The notes below the pieces were generated by a model that worked only from the letters and a program-made list of their open reading frames with translations, did no database searches and was not told where the DNA came from. 64,000 nucleotides of DNA from Octopus vulgaris (Eukaryota): positions 120,528,001-120,592,000 of the forward strand of contig OX597817.1 of assembly GCA_951406725.2 (NCBI GenBank). The letters are read 5' to 3'. This document shows, piece after piece, positions 14,009 through 28,019 of this stretch (within the stretch, counting starts at the first letter, position 1; each line of letters begins with the position of its first letter). The position numbers and the translations under genes were made by a program.

Positions 14009-14230
14009 CACTTTAGCATTAAAACCAGTCGTATCCATCCAACATATTCTACCTGTTTTATGTTGGGATGAAACAGATCTGGCCTCTCACACCTACTCTA
14101 CAATGGTCATTTTGGAAGTAAACAATCACATCAACAAAATCTTGAAGCTTACAAGATAATGCATGATTGGTTCAAATCAATGTGCATAAATAGGCATTAA
14201 ATTTGACAGAGCAATCTGAATGCTAAATAG
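14009..14230 (+). mobile_element. piggyBac-like MITE family C
   Basis: TTAA-cactttagcatt...aatgctaaatag-TTTA; homologous to the other four copies. Confidence 0.8.
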
Positions 14231-14491
14231 TTTAGCATCAAACTTTTGAAAGTTGAAGGCAATAATACTGTATATAGATACAAAACTGACTTTCTGGACT
14301 CTGATGGTCAAGAAAGTTTTATAATTCACACTAATTTACAAGTAGGAACCTCCAATTCCTGAAGCTGCTAGACAAGTCTACTGGGCAGCCCTATTTCACA
14401 TTACCTTGTACAGCACAGCATTAATAAATTTGTACCATTTATACTAATGTGCAGGTACCTGTATTTCATTCCATTATTTAAGTAATTCTAA

Positions 14492-14715
14492 CCCTTTAGC
14501 ATTCAGTTTACTCTGTCAGATGTAATGCATATTTTTTTCACTTCATTTTAAATTAATCATGCATTATCTCATAGTTTTGAAATTTTGATGATGTGATTGT
14601 TTATTTTTTTCATTGACATCATAGGGGAGATGTGAGAGGCCCGATCTTGTCAGTTTGAGAATAAAATAGGTAGAATATTTTGGCCAGATACAGCTGGTTT
14701 AAATGCTAAAAATGG
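14492..14715 (-). mobile_element. piggyBac-like MITE family C (opposite orientation)
   Basis: CTAA-ccctttagcatt...aatgctaaaaatgg-TTAA. Confidence 0.82.
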
Positions 14716-15889
14716 TTAATATTTGTTTAATTTCAAGTGTGTTGACCAAGGTGACCACACCTGGTTCACAAAAATCAGTAGTCCAGAAAGGCTTTAAAAC
14801 CAAATCATAACATTAAAACAAAATACTGTTGTTGATGCCTCAGTAATTTACACACACATATACATGTGCGCACACAAACACACACACACACACACACACA
14901 CATACACACATGCAAAAATGCTCAGTTAATTTACAAATGCAGCAAAGCTAAAATCTTTAGGTCTAACTCTAAGTAATCTTTAGTATGAGAAATAAGTACT
15001 GCTGGCACATCAGCAATTTATGTAACTAAACAAACTGCCAAGAGTGTGTCTAATATTTAAATCAATCAATCAGATTTAGTTAGAAGTGTAAGAACAACAG
15101 CTATAAATACAATTTTACAGTGGCTTTAAGAAGTAGGGGAGTCAATTGCTGTTTAAAGTTAATGAACTAGAAACAGCATTGTCCAGTTAAGCCTCTTTTA
15201 CTATTATTCATGCTGTGGTTGTATCATAAACATTACAGACCTTGTACAACTGTCTTATATGTCTTGTAAATTTAATTTATTCATTTAATTTATGAATGCA
15301 GTGATGCCTAAATTCTTTAGGTATGACCCAAAGTAATGCTTACTATACATACCTCTATATTTACATCTGTGTGTGTGTAATGGACATATATATAAAAATT
15401 TTAAGTAAACAGAAAAATGGAGTAATATTGATGAACAACAATTGACTTACATAGATTATTACTTATTAATTCGATACAAATAGATTGCATCCCATCTAAC
15501 AGCTGTTTCTGCTTCCAATGTCATGTGATATTGCCATTGATATGCTAAAAATATTTATCATATTTGATAAAAACATAGGTAATTTACTGGTAGTATAATG
15601 GATACTTCTATCCCTTAGATGGTTATTTCAACCTCTAACTCAGCAAACCTTATATATATATATGGAGTAGTACATATAAATTATTCAAGAGCATGCATGT
15701 TTGAAAAGATTAATTGAAAGCGCTCACACACTAGGAAACAAACTTCTTCCAAAAAGGTTAGTGACATTCTGATAAAAGATTTCATAACTCTTTAAAAAAA
15801 GACTGATAGAAAATATTTTTTTAAAATATCCCTTTTATACTTAAAAACTGTATTAAATAATTTTCATTCAGACTTTCAAATATATATAT

Positions 15890-16286
15890 CTTTTACTTGT
15901 TTCAGTCATTTGGCTGTGGACATGTTGGAGCTCCATCTTTAGTTGAGCAAATCGGCCCCAGAACTTATTCTTTGTAAGCCTAGTACTTATTCTATCAGTC
16001 TTTTTTGCCAAACTGCTAAGTTATGGGGATGTAAAAAGACCACCATCAGTTGTCAATCGATGCTGGGGGGACAAACACAGACACAGAAACATATACACAC
16101 ACATACATATATATATACATATATACGACGGGCTTCTTTCAGTTTCCATCTACCAAATCCACTCACAAGGCTTTGGTTGGCCTGAGGCTATAGTAGAAGA
16201 CACTTTCCCAAGGTGCCACTGCGTGGCACTGAATCCAAAACTGTGTGGTTGGTAAGCAAGCTACTTACCACACAGCCACTCCTGTG

Positions 16287-16287
<1 letters not shown>
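15890..16287 (-). mobile_element. SINE family A, full-length
   Basis: Reverse complement of the 1055-1446 copy. Confidence 0.92.
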
Positions 16288-16324
<37 letters not shown>

Positions 16325-16392
16325 TATGTCGCCATGATAGATCGTTAGCCACTACACACATTTTTTTTCTCTCCTTGTTTTTTTCTGTGTCC

Positions 16393-16428
16393 CTTTCTGT
16401 AGAAGAGCATAGGCTCGAAACGTAAAAG
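16393..16428 (+). ncRNA. Minimal type I hammerhead-like motif (variant core) within a ~200-bp insert in (TA)n
   Basis: cttt-CTGTAGA-A-GAGC-atag-GCTC-GAAAC-GTA-aaag: helix I cttt/aaag, helix II GAGC/GCTC; position 6 is T instead of the conserved A. Confidence 0.5.
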
Positions 16429-16513
16429 ACTTTTTCTATTTCTGAGCGTTATACTAATACTTCTGTTTGTTTTGTACACCACCTGTCTGTCTTTTGTTTT
16501 TTTCGTAAACTCC

Positions 16514-16553
<40 letters not shown>

Positions 16554-17613
16554 TATTATTATTAACATAGAAGTACCAGAGTACTGAAGCGTTGAGAATT
16601 TTGTGCATTGGTACTTAGCAGATGAATTATTAACAATGTGTGTGTGTGTGTGTATGTGCATAAGCTTCACTGTTAATGCTGCTAATTCAAGTATTAAACC
16701 TTTTTTTTTTTATTAGAAATGAAACAATGAGAGAGATTTACCTAACGAACATGATACATGAACCCTGGAGTGAAAATAGAATAAAGCTTTTATTTAAATA
16801 GAATAAGTAAACTTTATTCCATATATTGAGTCCCCACTCCTCTCTCACTGTCTACATTATGCTAAAATGCATATAACTTGTATGCACATAACACACATAT
16901 ATTATTACATTATGAGTTGTGCTAAATAAATTGTATTGTTCAAATAGTTAAAAATGTAAGGTAGAATTTTTATTACTTTTCTTTTAATGTTTCCGTTTTG
17001 ATAATTAAAAGCAAAATGCTCTTTGATTTCGAATTGTATATTGTCTAAAGTTTGTATTAAAAAAAAACCCAAAAAACAAAAAGACATTCCTTTCTTACCA
17101 AATGCTTTCACATCTAAATTAACTACAGTCTACATGCTTTATTTCATTAAAAATAATACATATCCATGAAATGTAGAGCAGTGGTGACAACAAGCCATTG
17201 TCTTGTACATTTCCTCAAACATATAAAAGTCAAATATATAAATAAATAAACAAAAATAAACTTTCATCTAATTTCTTGTTGAGAGTGAGAATAACATACT
17301 TTTTGTTTTTTTATCTTCAAGATATATTTTTTCTCCCTTTCGCTTTTCATCAGTAGAAGGCCATGTTTGTCAATGGGCTATTTTCTAATAACAAAACTGA
17401 TATTTTCTCTTTTGTTTTATGGATTGGTTGTGAGGTTTTTTTTTTCCATCATTTTATTTAATTTTTGCTTTTGTTAATTCCAACAGTAATGAAAGGAAAC
17501 TTAATAACTTAACTGAAATATTCTGCCTTAATGTAATTATCACTGTTGGTGCCTTCTATATATGTTTGCACAACGACAATTACTTAGAATTCCATGTCAT
17601 GGCACCACCATTG

Positions 17614-17647
<34 letters not shown>

Positions 17648-18199
17648 CATCGTCCTAACTAAAATTATAGCACGTTTTTAACTTTAATTAGTAAAACTAA
17701 ATTAGAATGAATTCCTTTTTCCATGGAAAAACCAACATCATTTTAATTAAATTAGATTTCAAATTTGTTTCTTTCTTGTTTATGATCCTTTGTATCTAGT
17801 TTTATAATTTCATTTTATAAATGCAGGAATTTTATCACAAAGACCCCAGTATTTGACATAGTTAAGCTTTCTCCTTAACCCTTTCAGTATACTAATTATC
17901 TGCTAGTCAATCCCACAAAAATATCAATTATTCACTATACATTACTGTTAGCATCATTATTAGTTTAATATTTGTTTTATGTGCTGCTGTTTATTGAATA
18001 AGTCTACAGAACAGCCTCTCACAAACAGTTTCTCTCACACCTCTTCTTCCCCACTCCCAGGCCTAAATTTCTCTGAGATCTAATCTATCTCCATCATCAT
18101 AATCATGTTTTGCTACTTTCATCATTAGCCAATATTTTTATTGGTTTATCGGCTTATTGCTTCATTCAAACCACCAACTTGAGATAAGTCATCACGCAC

Positions 18200-18610
18200 A
18201 AGCCAAATGAAAAGAGAGCTCGAATGTGGTAACTGGACATGTTAGAAACTGCAGCTAATTACCCTCAAATTACACTTTACTGTCTTAAAAAGTGGAAGAA
18301 CTATATTGGATAATGTAACATTAGGGATACAAATACTGGAAATATACTGGCTAATATGTCTTTGATCATTAAATCCTTTTGATCAGAGTTGTCTTTGATT
18401 TAACTGAATGACATCAACAATTTAGGATGTTGATGAGCAATATAATATGGTGGTCTAAATCACATCTTAACATCTTAACACAATGAAAGGGTCACAATGG
18501 ATAATATAGTCCTGAATGCACTAGATCTGAATAAAAGATGGCGTGGTCACAGTTGGAATCTCTTTGATCATTGGATTGTTTATTCATGCTTGACTTGGGG
18601 GTTATACAAT
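18200..18610 (+). mobile_element. Two tandem decayed copies of family H
   Basis: gttagaaactgcagctaattaccctcaaat...ggataatgta...ctttgatcat; similar copies at ~19790, 22340, 32845, 45835, 51115, 63650. Confidence 0.65.
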
Positions 18611-19067
18611 AGTCTCAATCATCACCTTGGAAAAGAACTATAATAATTGTGAATTTGATACTCAGAAACTGTACTGAAACCCTACATATGTCTGTATGTG
18701 TGTGTATTCCTCTCTTACAATTTGGTTTATTTACATTTCTCTAATGTAATGGGGGTGGGGTGGGGTGGGGTAAAAAGAGATTAATAGATTAAGTGTGAGA
18801 CCTAAAATAAATATAGGGATCAATCTGATTCACTAAACCATTAAGAATAAAGGGAAAAAAATTGAAAAAGTAAAAAAAAGGTTATTAATGTAGTTAGCAA
18901 GATGTTGGTCAGACCTTTACTCTTGCCATTTTTTTTGCTTAACCACAGAGCCAGACGCAGATTATACATTAAACAAATTAAGCATTCTTTTGACAGAAAG
19001 AAAAGAAAGTAACACAGAATTTGTTTTAGTGCTGGATTTATTAAAGTTCACATAGTGCAAGCTTATT

Positions 19068-19197
19068 TGCTATGGTAGATCCCACAAGAAAAACTCTTAT
19101 ATAGGCTTTTAGTGCAAAATGCACTCTTGTTTATCCCTGAGTACATTTTGCACCAAAAGCCTGTATGAGAATTTCTCTCATGGTATCTACAGTAGTA
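19068..19197. repeat. Imperfect palindrome / foldback (~59-bp arms, 12-nt loop)
   Basis: taggcttttagtgcaaaatgcactc vs gagtacattttgcaccaaaagcctg; mismatches mostly transitions. Confidence 0.9.
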
Positions 19198-19506
19198 AAG
19201 TTTGTTCTAATAGAACATCCACATTTAAATGGGGTTAAATATTTCCTCTCTGTATTAATATTGTCTCTGTCACTAATATACATTTATATATATATATAGT
19301 GCCAGCTGTATCAAGGCTCTATGCAAAGTTTTGAAAGTTTGCATAATTTACTTACTATGTTTACTGCTGTCTATTGTTAATCTTAAAAACAAAAGCCTCT
19401 CTAATGTAATTTCACATTCAGTACTTGTTATACAATAATAGAGTGTAATTGAAGGGTTAAGTGCAGGGAACCATTTTATTATTGTTTTTTGGTGGGGGTG
19501 CTTTAT

Positions 19507-19718
19507 CCTTTAGCATTTAAACTGACCATGTCTGGCCATAATATTCTGCCTATTGCATATTCAAAGTGGCCAAATCTAGTTTCTCACACCTCCTCTACAA
19601 TGTCATTGTAAACATAAATAATCACATTGTTAATGCCTGGAAGTTATGAGATGATGCATGATTAATTCAAAACAATGTGAATAAATAAGCATTACATTCG
19701 ACATCTTAATCTAAATGC
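19507..19718 (+). mobile_element. MITE family C, right end damaged
   Basis: cctttagcatttaaactg...gcatgattaattcaaaacaatgtgaataaataagcattac. Confidence 0.8.
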
Positions 19719-19961
19719 TGTATTAAAAAAATACCAAATTGTATTTTTTAATACAATTTTTAAATATATATTTGTAGTATTGAGAACTATATTGTCCAAT
19801 GTAACTTTCTTTCTGTAAGACCACAAGGGTTGATTTGAGTGAAAAAGGGGTGCTATTTCTAGCAGGTTGAGGATAAGGGCTCCTATGTTGTTTGGTCAAT
19901 GATGAATCGCTAACATGAGTAGGAAAGAAAGAGAAGGTAAATTAAAAAAATGCATCTAGAA

Positions 19962-20107
19962 CAGGTATGGGCAACTGTTCTTGAGAGACAGACTACATGA
20001 GAAGTGGTTCATCACTAGGTGGGCTGCGATGCTAAAACAATTCAAGGTAATTTTTCATTAGGCATGCCATTCAGAAAGTCCCATGGGTTGCAGTTTGTCC
20101 ATGATTG
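19962..20107. mobile_element. hAT (Charlie-like) MITE
   Basis: TIRs caggtatgggcaac / tttgtccatgattg; degenerate 8-bp flanks atctagaa / acttagag with central TA. Confidence 0.6.
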
Positions 20108-21409
20108 ACTTAGAGCTTTGTTTGCTTCAGAGAAATTTGGCAGATAGATACCCACAGATAACTGCTATGGTGTGATAACTATTTTGTAGCTTATTAGACT
20201 AAAAACAAAGTATTATATTCCAAGACGTTTTACTCTGGAAATGTTAAGACACCAAACTCATATGTTATAATAAGTCAGATATTTTCACAACCTAAATCTT
20301 CTATAAAACATTCATTCATTCTTCTAATCAATCCATTGCTGACATCTGTTCTATTGTTAGTATTCTCTACGCTCTTAAAATATAATCTTTTTTCTGATAT
20401 TGAAATCTCTATGCAGGTTTTCAGAATGAAACACCAATATCAAAAAATAATCAATATGCATTTTTATGAGATTTTATTATCTGTCTTATTAAGTCCGATC
20501 TATCAAATTATGTAGCTTATTTTTGAAAAAATATCAAAAATAAATAATAATGTTATGAGAGGAAGGTGGTGAATTTCATTTACAGTAGCAGATAAAAACA
20601 GCTTTTCCCATTTTCATTATTTAGGTTTGTTTTTAAAACTTTGATAGTATTTATTTAATTTCAATATCTGAAATTCTAACCAAAATTATCCATTAGAATA
20701 TGTCTTTTAGATTTTTATTTATATAGGATAAATAGTGATATAATATTTTGAATCTATCTTACTGCTACTGCTGCTTAACATTGTAATGATAAAATTGGCA
20801 TGGAAATAGCAGCTTTATAGAATAGCCATTCTTCCAAGTTGCTATATCATTTTGTTGTTGTAGACCTCTCACAACTATCATCTCAAAAACTAAGGAAAAC
20901 TTTCCAATGGCAATATCTTTGAAGAATTTTACATAGATGATAATGTAGATTCAGAAATACTTGTCTTCAAAAACTATCCCTGAAGCATTTTGATAAATAA
21001 TATGAAAAATCAGGCAACTCTAATTCATGTATACAGGTATTTAACACCCGCACCCATATACACCCAAACCCACCCACACACAAACACATGTTGAATATGT
21101 GTGGGTATTAATAAATGTATGTATGTATTCAAATAGACTGAAGTTATGTGTGTATGTGTTTAATGTGTATGTATATTGAAATTTATGTTAGATGTATATA
21201 TATGTATATATATAGGAATATTTATGCATGTGAAAGTATTTGATTTCTACAAAGAACTGTGTGATTATGAATTATGTGCATTCACTTCTCAGCCACATAT
21301 TTTCAGTTTTGGTCTCACTGTGAGGTGGCATTTTGGGCAAGTGTCTTTTAAATGCAGCCCTGGGATGAAACAAAGCCATGTGAGTAGATTTGGCCGACAG
21401 AAACTCTTC

Positions 21410-22250
21410 ATGTTTTCCATGTTAGGTCTCTGCCTCCTCTTGCTCAGCATACAATCATCTTCTATTTCTTGGAATCTATGGACATCTGGGGGAGTTTTCT
21501 TCTTCCATCTTTTCTTCCCACCAGATTATCTTACATGTCTATATCCATCATATTCTGATATCATTAATTACTGGTATATATTGATTAGTATATTATTCAT
21601 TAGGGAAAGGCTTCATGATCACACCCATATATTTCATGTTCTGATGAACTGCGTTTGGCCTGCATGTTTGTCTTAGAGGTATGGGACCAAATGGTTGCCC
21701 AGATTTTTGAAGCTAATGTTGCAAGTTGTTTGGTCACTTACATCACAGAACTTCAAGAATCTTATCCCTTGCTATCCTCTGTGCCATAATGGTGACTTTC
21801 ATATACATTACAACACTCTTTCTAGCGTTGCCTAACATGTTCCTTAAATTCACCAAACATAACAATATTACTGCTGCGGGTTATTAATTAATCTGCCAGA
21901 GGTCCATATGGAAGTGGTTTTGTTTGATCATTTGCCAATCCTAGTTGGTGTATGTGCTGAGATCTACATTGTGTTGCCTATGACTAAATTTATACTTAAT
22001 TATCACATACTTGATTACCACAATTTCACTACCAACAATATGACTATTTCAATGCACCAGCTCTGTTTCTCAGAAGAATTTGTATACAAGATTGTAACCT
22101 TTATGGAGTCTGAGTGAGGATCTCTTCCATTTAACATCTTGTACACAACACACATCTTTGTTACTTCATTCCAGCTCCTCTCTACAATCTCTCCAGATCT
22201 ATCATTCATCATGCTTAAAAATAATGGTAACAGTTCTAAAGTTCTATGTC
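21410..22250 (-). mobile_element. Decayed RTE-clade LINE fragment, apurinic-like endonuclease region
   Basis: Frameshifted minus-strand peptides MNDRSGEIVE, DVCCVQDVKW, YKFF, ISAHTP, FGEFKEHV (GDFNGHV-like), FLKFCD...CNISFK match the RTE APE motif order. Confidence 0.75.
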
Positions 22251-22523
22251 TGAATGAAACAGCTGTCACAGATGATAGTAACAATGATCATTTTTTCCTC
22301 AAATATCCCTCCAGTCATATCCCACCATCTTAGGAAAGAAATCCTTGTGCACTGGAAAATGATGAGATGGTAACAACTTGAATGCTTTCCATCATAGCTC
22401 TGTTCCCTCAGGACAGATGAGGCCTAAACTAAAAATACCATGCATACCACTAACATGATAAATGATAGACCTTTAAACAAATACTTATTATTATCATCTA
22501 CTTCTCAATATTTGCATAGTTCA

Positions 22524-22730
22524 AGGTGTGGCAAACCGGCAGAAACATTAGCATGCCAGGCACAATGCATTTTGACTGTCTTTACATTGTGAGTTCAAAT
22601 TCGACTGAAGCTGACTTTGCATTTCATCCTTTCAGAGTCAATAAAAGAAGTACTAATTGATTACTGGAGTCGATATAATCGACCTGTCCCCTTCCCCAAA
22701 CTTGTTGGCCTTGTGCCTAAATTTAAAGAC
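22524..22730 (+). mobile_element. SINE family B with 16-bp TSD
   Basis: TSD atatttgcatagttca / atatttgcatagctca. Confidence 0.88.
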
Positions 22731-23795
22731 ATATTTGCATAGCTCAGATGAGAGTATATTGGGACAGTTTTCTGCAGCTGGATGCCCTTTCTGCTGCTAA
22801 CCCCAACTGTTTCCAACTGGGGTAGTAATCTTTCAGACTATTAAACAATGAACAACCTGGACAGTCTTCCAGAGTACACTGCAAAGCAATGTTACTGTAT
22901 GCAAAGCCAATGTTTAAAACCTATGAGTTAAATACAAGTGTAGACATGAGGAAAATACCAAATCTCTCACACATACATCCTCACACAGGATCCTTTCAGT
23001 TTTTGTCTACCATATCCACCCCTGAAGCCTTGATAGTCTCAGGTATAGTAGTAGATACTTGCTCAAAGTGCCATGTTGTGAGACTGAACCTAAAACAAGA
23101 ATTGCAGATATCAAGAAAAGAACACACACACACACATACAAATGGACACATACACATGGACACACATACACAGATGTGAGTTGATATTGATGTAAGCAGT
23201 GTAAGGCAATACAAGCGTTCCACCTTATTCTTCACAAGATAATATATTTAATATAAATGGTAGAATCGCTATCTGATCTAATAATTCCACTAGAATCCTC
23301 ATAAAATGTTTTTGTTTTTTTTCTTTATGTGAACTATAATAAAGATGATACTACTACAAAAAGGAAAGTATTTGCAGTAAAAGACTTCTATGCTTTGGAA
23401 GTCTTCTTGATGAGTATTTGAAGATGATGATGATGATAATGGTTTCTGATTTTGTCACAAGTCAGTATTTTATTGAGGAGAGGATGATTTAGTCAATTAT
23501 ATCGATCCAGGTACTTGACTGGTACCTTTAGGTATCCCCGAGAACAACTTTGCTGAAGTTGTGCTCAGGAATTTAAGCTCAGAATGTAAAGAGCTGGAAT
23601 AAATATCATGAGGCATTTTTCTGATTTGCTGAAAACTGACCTTTTTGAGTTTAATTGTGTTGCATTCCAAAGGATATGAAGAATTTATGGTGGCTGAATG
23701 GTGTTGAATATGTCAGCTAATCAGGTAAAGAAAACTATGAGATGTCAGTTAAGTGCAGTACCTCACTCAGTCAGTAATCTTGACCACTCTACAAG

Positions 23796-24025
23796 CCGGG
23801 CCAGTGCTAGGAAGCATAGGGCCCAATTAGGGAATTGTCAATGGGGCCCTCTACTCTATAAAAGCTGAAGTTGATGTATTATGCTTCATGTAGTACACCA
23901 GTGCCAAGCAAAAAGCATTGATGACTGGAGGCTCCACCATTAGCTACAATAATATACTATTAAATACTGCTCATGCAGTGCAAGGCCCAATTTGAGCAAA
24001 TCTAACTGGCTTAAAACTGGCCCTG
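23796..24025. mobile_element. hAT (Tip100-like) MITE
   Basis: TIRs ccgggccagt / actggccctg; 8-bp TSD tctacaag / tttacagg. Confidence 0.7.
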
Positions 24026-25810
24026 TTTACAGGTACAGGAAAGATAAATTTGAAAGTTATTCGAACAAATGTTTATGATCTTGAAAGAACCTGAACATTT
24101 CAAGCCATAAAGTTGTAAACACACTTTTTAAAAGAGTATGTAGTTTAACAAAATGATAAGAATATCAGTCTATATGAATATGTATATGTGTGCATGTATG
24201 GTAGGGCTGGAGAAAGCTGAGCACTGGAACTATTAAAAATCATTTTCATGCTAAATTTCTACACCATAAACAACATTATTTTGATAGGTTTTCTTATTTA
24301 ATCAGCTAATGAGGCCTTCTCGTCAGTAAAAATTTTAAAACTTTCCTTGTTTCTTCCTTTTTTCCCCCTTTTTTCGATAGATACACAAACAATTTATAGA
24401 CTTCCAAATTCTTATTATTTATATGTATTTTTTTTTTGCATCTGTTTATCATGATTTTATGAGTGATCTTCATTAAATTAGGTCAAGTCAATTATTATTT
24501 TTTTTTTTTTTAGGATAAATGGAAAATTGGCTTGAAGCAAAAATATTCTCAAACTTCTAAAATATGTAAATGTATTTACAAACAACTGTACAGAATTTAA
24601 CTCAAAATTAAAAAGTATACACACACGTGCACGCATGCACGCATACACATGTAGATTTAAACAATGTGTGTATGAAAATGAAAGCAAGTGAAGAAAAACT
24701 CAGAGTATCCTGTGGAGTGTATATGGTTTTAAAGAATAAAGATGACTAGAGGTATATCAACTAGCATACAAGATAAATTCTTGATTTATTGAAATCATCT
24801 TCCTTTTGAGAGAAGGATAAACCAATGCTTTGCAGTAACTGCAATCAATGTCAAACGAGAAATATATCAAAAATAAAGAATGCTCTGCAACTGATATGCC
24901 ATTAAGGAAAAGAGAGTCTGATTTTCTAGAGACAAGAGGACAGCTATGGATATGGGTTTCTGCCTCAATAAAAAGCATAAACACAGAATTTGTTCTATAC
25001 TGAATTAGGAATATATGAAAAAGTTAGAAAATGTGTGTGTGTCATTGCTGTGGTCCTGTGATAACCAAAGCAACTCTGGCATATGGAAGATGGAAAAAGT
25101 GTGTGTGTGTGTGTGTGTGTGTGTGCATGTGTGTGCGTGTGTGTGCATATGTGAGAGAGAGAGAGAGTGACTGAGTGAGTGAGAGCACCTGCATGTGTTT
25201 CTGGGTGTTTCCATTTGCAGTTTACAGAAAGTTGTGAGTTACAAGTGGTGGTGTTGTTGTCACTGCTCCTATCAACTAATCATCAATGAACATACCTCCA
25301 AGGTTGTGGGACAACAAAAAAAAGTTGCCCTAGCTACAACTAAGAAGCCCTTTCTATTTCTCTTCTATAGGGATGTGACCAAAAACTAGGGATTGGTATC
25401 TCCCATAGGGATCTTACTGTACACCCTTTCACCACCTCAAATACTTCTGTCTCTGTTGTACTATTCTAAGGTTGTCAGTGACCAATATTTGGTTCATCTG
25501 CCTTTTTGACAAGATCTTATTGTCCTGCTGGATTTCAAGAAATCCCTGTCACTGGACTAGCCTGGCTGGAGTACCAGTTTAGTTGCTGAGGCACATCTAT
25601 CAGGTTGTACTGGATTATATGTTACTAACATCAGGTTGCAATCTGTCATATACACATGTACATGCACAAACATAGACATAAGTGTACATGTATCATGATG
25701 AGATAGCTTTCACCTTATTATTCATATTATGTGATTATAAAAATGATTGTTGATTATTAGTAATTATTATAGTATAATAATAATTATTGAGTATCTTTAT
25801 TAATTATTGA

Positions 25811-26025
25811 GGCAGTGAGCTGGCAGAATTATTAACATGCCGGGCAAAATGCTTAGCAACAGTTTGTCCGTCTTTATGTTCTGAGTTCAAATTCCGCTGT
25901 GGTCGACTTTGCCTTTCATCCTTTGGGTCGATAAATTAAGGACCAGTCATGTCTTGGAGTTGATGTGATCATCTTAACCCCCCCCCCCCCACAAATTTCA
26001 AGCCTTGTTCCCACAGTAGAAAGGA
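25811..26025 (+). mobile_element. SINE family B
   Basis: ggcagtgagctggcagaa head, full body, gtagaaagga tail. Confidence 0.9.
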
Positions 26026-28019
26026 TTATTATTATTAATTATGCTCTACAACTTGCTGTTGATGATTAAGTAGTTGTATGCATTTATAATTCTTATAGAC
26101 ACAGTTGTTGAAGTTTTAAAATAATAATGGTATTGACTGTTTTCCTATTTCATGTGTACACACACCTACCCACTGCATACATGCAGTTACAAAGACACAT
26201 ATAAACGTGTGCCTCTATATAAACACATATACATAAAAACACAAGCATATACACACATTTATACATGCACTAACACATATGTTCGAATAACATATGTGTA
26301 TGCAATTATATGGAGCTTCTTGAACATTATTTTTTTCTCACTCGCTAGCTAAATATGTTGATGCTAGCTTCATCTATGCTATTTTTCACACTTTTGTGTA
26401 TATTTCTTGTGACTCGTGCTGGGTTTCTGTACCTAAAATTTACATGATTCACGACATGCAGCATTTAATTGTATTGGCTAGTGTACTTTGTGGATCTCTT
26501 CCTACTTTACAGAGTTCCATGATACACTTACTTTAAATTCTTTTGCTTTCCTCCTGTTAATCAAATGAATACCCATTATCTCCCCACTCATCCTTCTTAT
26601 CCAAGATGTCTCCCATAGGTTTTGCTCAGTATCTTCTTCCTAATATGATAATTTGTAAGAAAAACAAACTAAAGATGCCGTTTGTTACTATGGGAAATAG
26701 AAATAATTTGTTCCATTTTTGAAGGAAGACAGTAAAGTATTTAGGCTCTGTATTTCAGTTTGTGTGTGTGTATGTGATTACATGTGCATGTATAGGTGGT
26801 TATGTAAATGTGTGCATGTGTGTATGTTCAGCTATGTGTTTATTATATTCATAAAATTGTAAGGTGGTCAGAAAATACTAACCTTAGGCTAAAAGATTTG
26901 AGTAGATGATATTTTCTTGTTAGTATGCACTAATCTCATCTTCACAAAAACATGGTGTCACACAGCACAGCTGATAAAAGATGAAGTCTTGAAACTCTGA
27001 AAATATTTCTGCAATCACTTGAGACTGAATATTTTGAGATTGTTCAACTTTTTATTTTTTTTTTTTTTGCTTGAAGGAAGATATAAATAATTTTAACAAA
27101 TTTTTAGCTTCCAGTAGCTGCGAGCATTTTCCGTGTTTTGTATGCGGTCTTTGTGATTTATCCATGTTTGCTCAGGTTTTCTAAAACTCTACTTCATAAT
27201 ATTGTGTTGTTAGAAAGCTTTTCAGAAAAGAACATGACAAAGTTTAATGCATTTCTCATGAAAGACGGAAGGAATTTGTCAGATGCTTGCTTTCTCTTTA
27301 AAAAAGAGAAAAAAAAAAATGGGGGAAAAAATGAAGAGGTTATGGCAAAAGAAAAATAAAACAAAAAAGAGAGTAAAACACAAAATATTCATGGACAATA
27401 ATAATAATTGTTTTCTTGATTTAGCAAGTTAGTGTTAATGTAGGGAGGAGTATGTGGTGAGGGAGATCATTAAAATGAATTAGTGACTAATGCTATAAGT
27501 CTACATGTGTAGGATCAGATTAACTTGTGTAAACTTTATTTCATATGGTTGCATATAATTTGAGGTTGGTTTGATATTGAGCAGGTCAAATAGCAATATA
27601 AGTTTGCAATGAGCAATACTGTATTAAAGTACTAATACTGTTATTTATATTTTACTTTTGACAGCATGGGACACAACTGCTATGTCTCTACCTTATTCTG
27701 ATCTCATTACCAAAGTTTAGTTCTCACTCTTCTTCTTGAAGTAGTGATGAAAGAATCATGAAGTGAATGTGTTATAGTGTCAAAAAAATGCCTTGAGGTA
27801 TTTAGTTGTATCTTTATGCTTTGAGTACAAATCTGAGATCAAGTTTCCCTTAATCCTGCTAGGGGTTGATAAAATATATTCCATTCATGTAATTGACTGT
27901 CCCCACTTTATACGAGAAATCTTCAAAAAATATTCAAGATTGTACATTGGTTAGTATAAGAAGATGCAATTGTCCAAGGAAAAAAAATTGTGTTATTCCA
28001 TCAGTGCAAAGCTCAATTT

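Noticed and set aside
17876-19460. Possible 1.6-kb piggyBac-like element between ttaaccctttca and tgaagggttaa
   Set aside because: Terminal match is too short and there is no transposase trace
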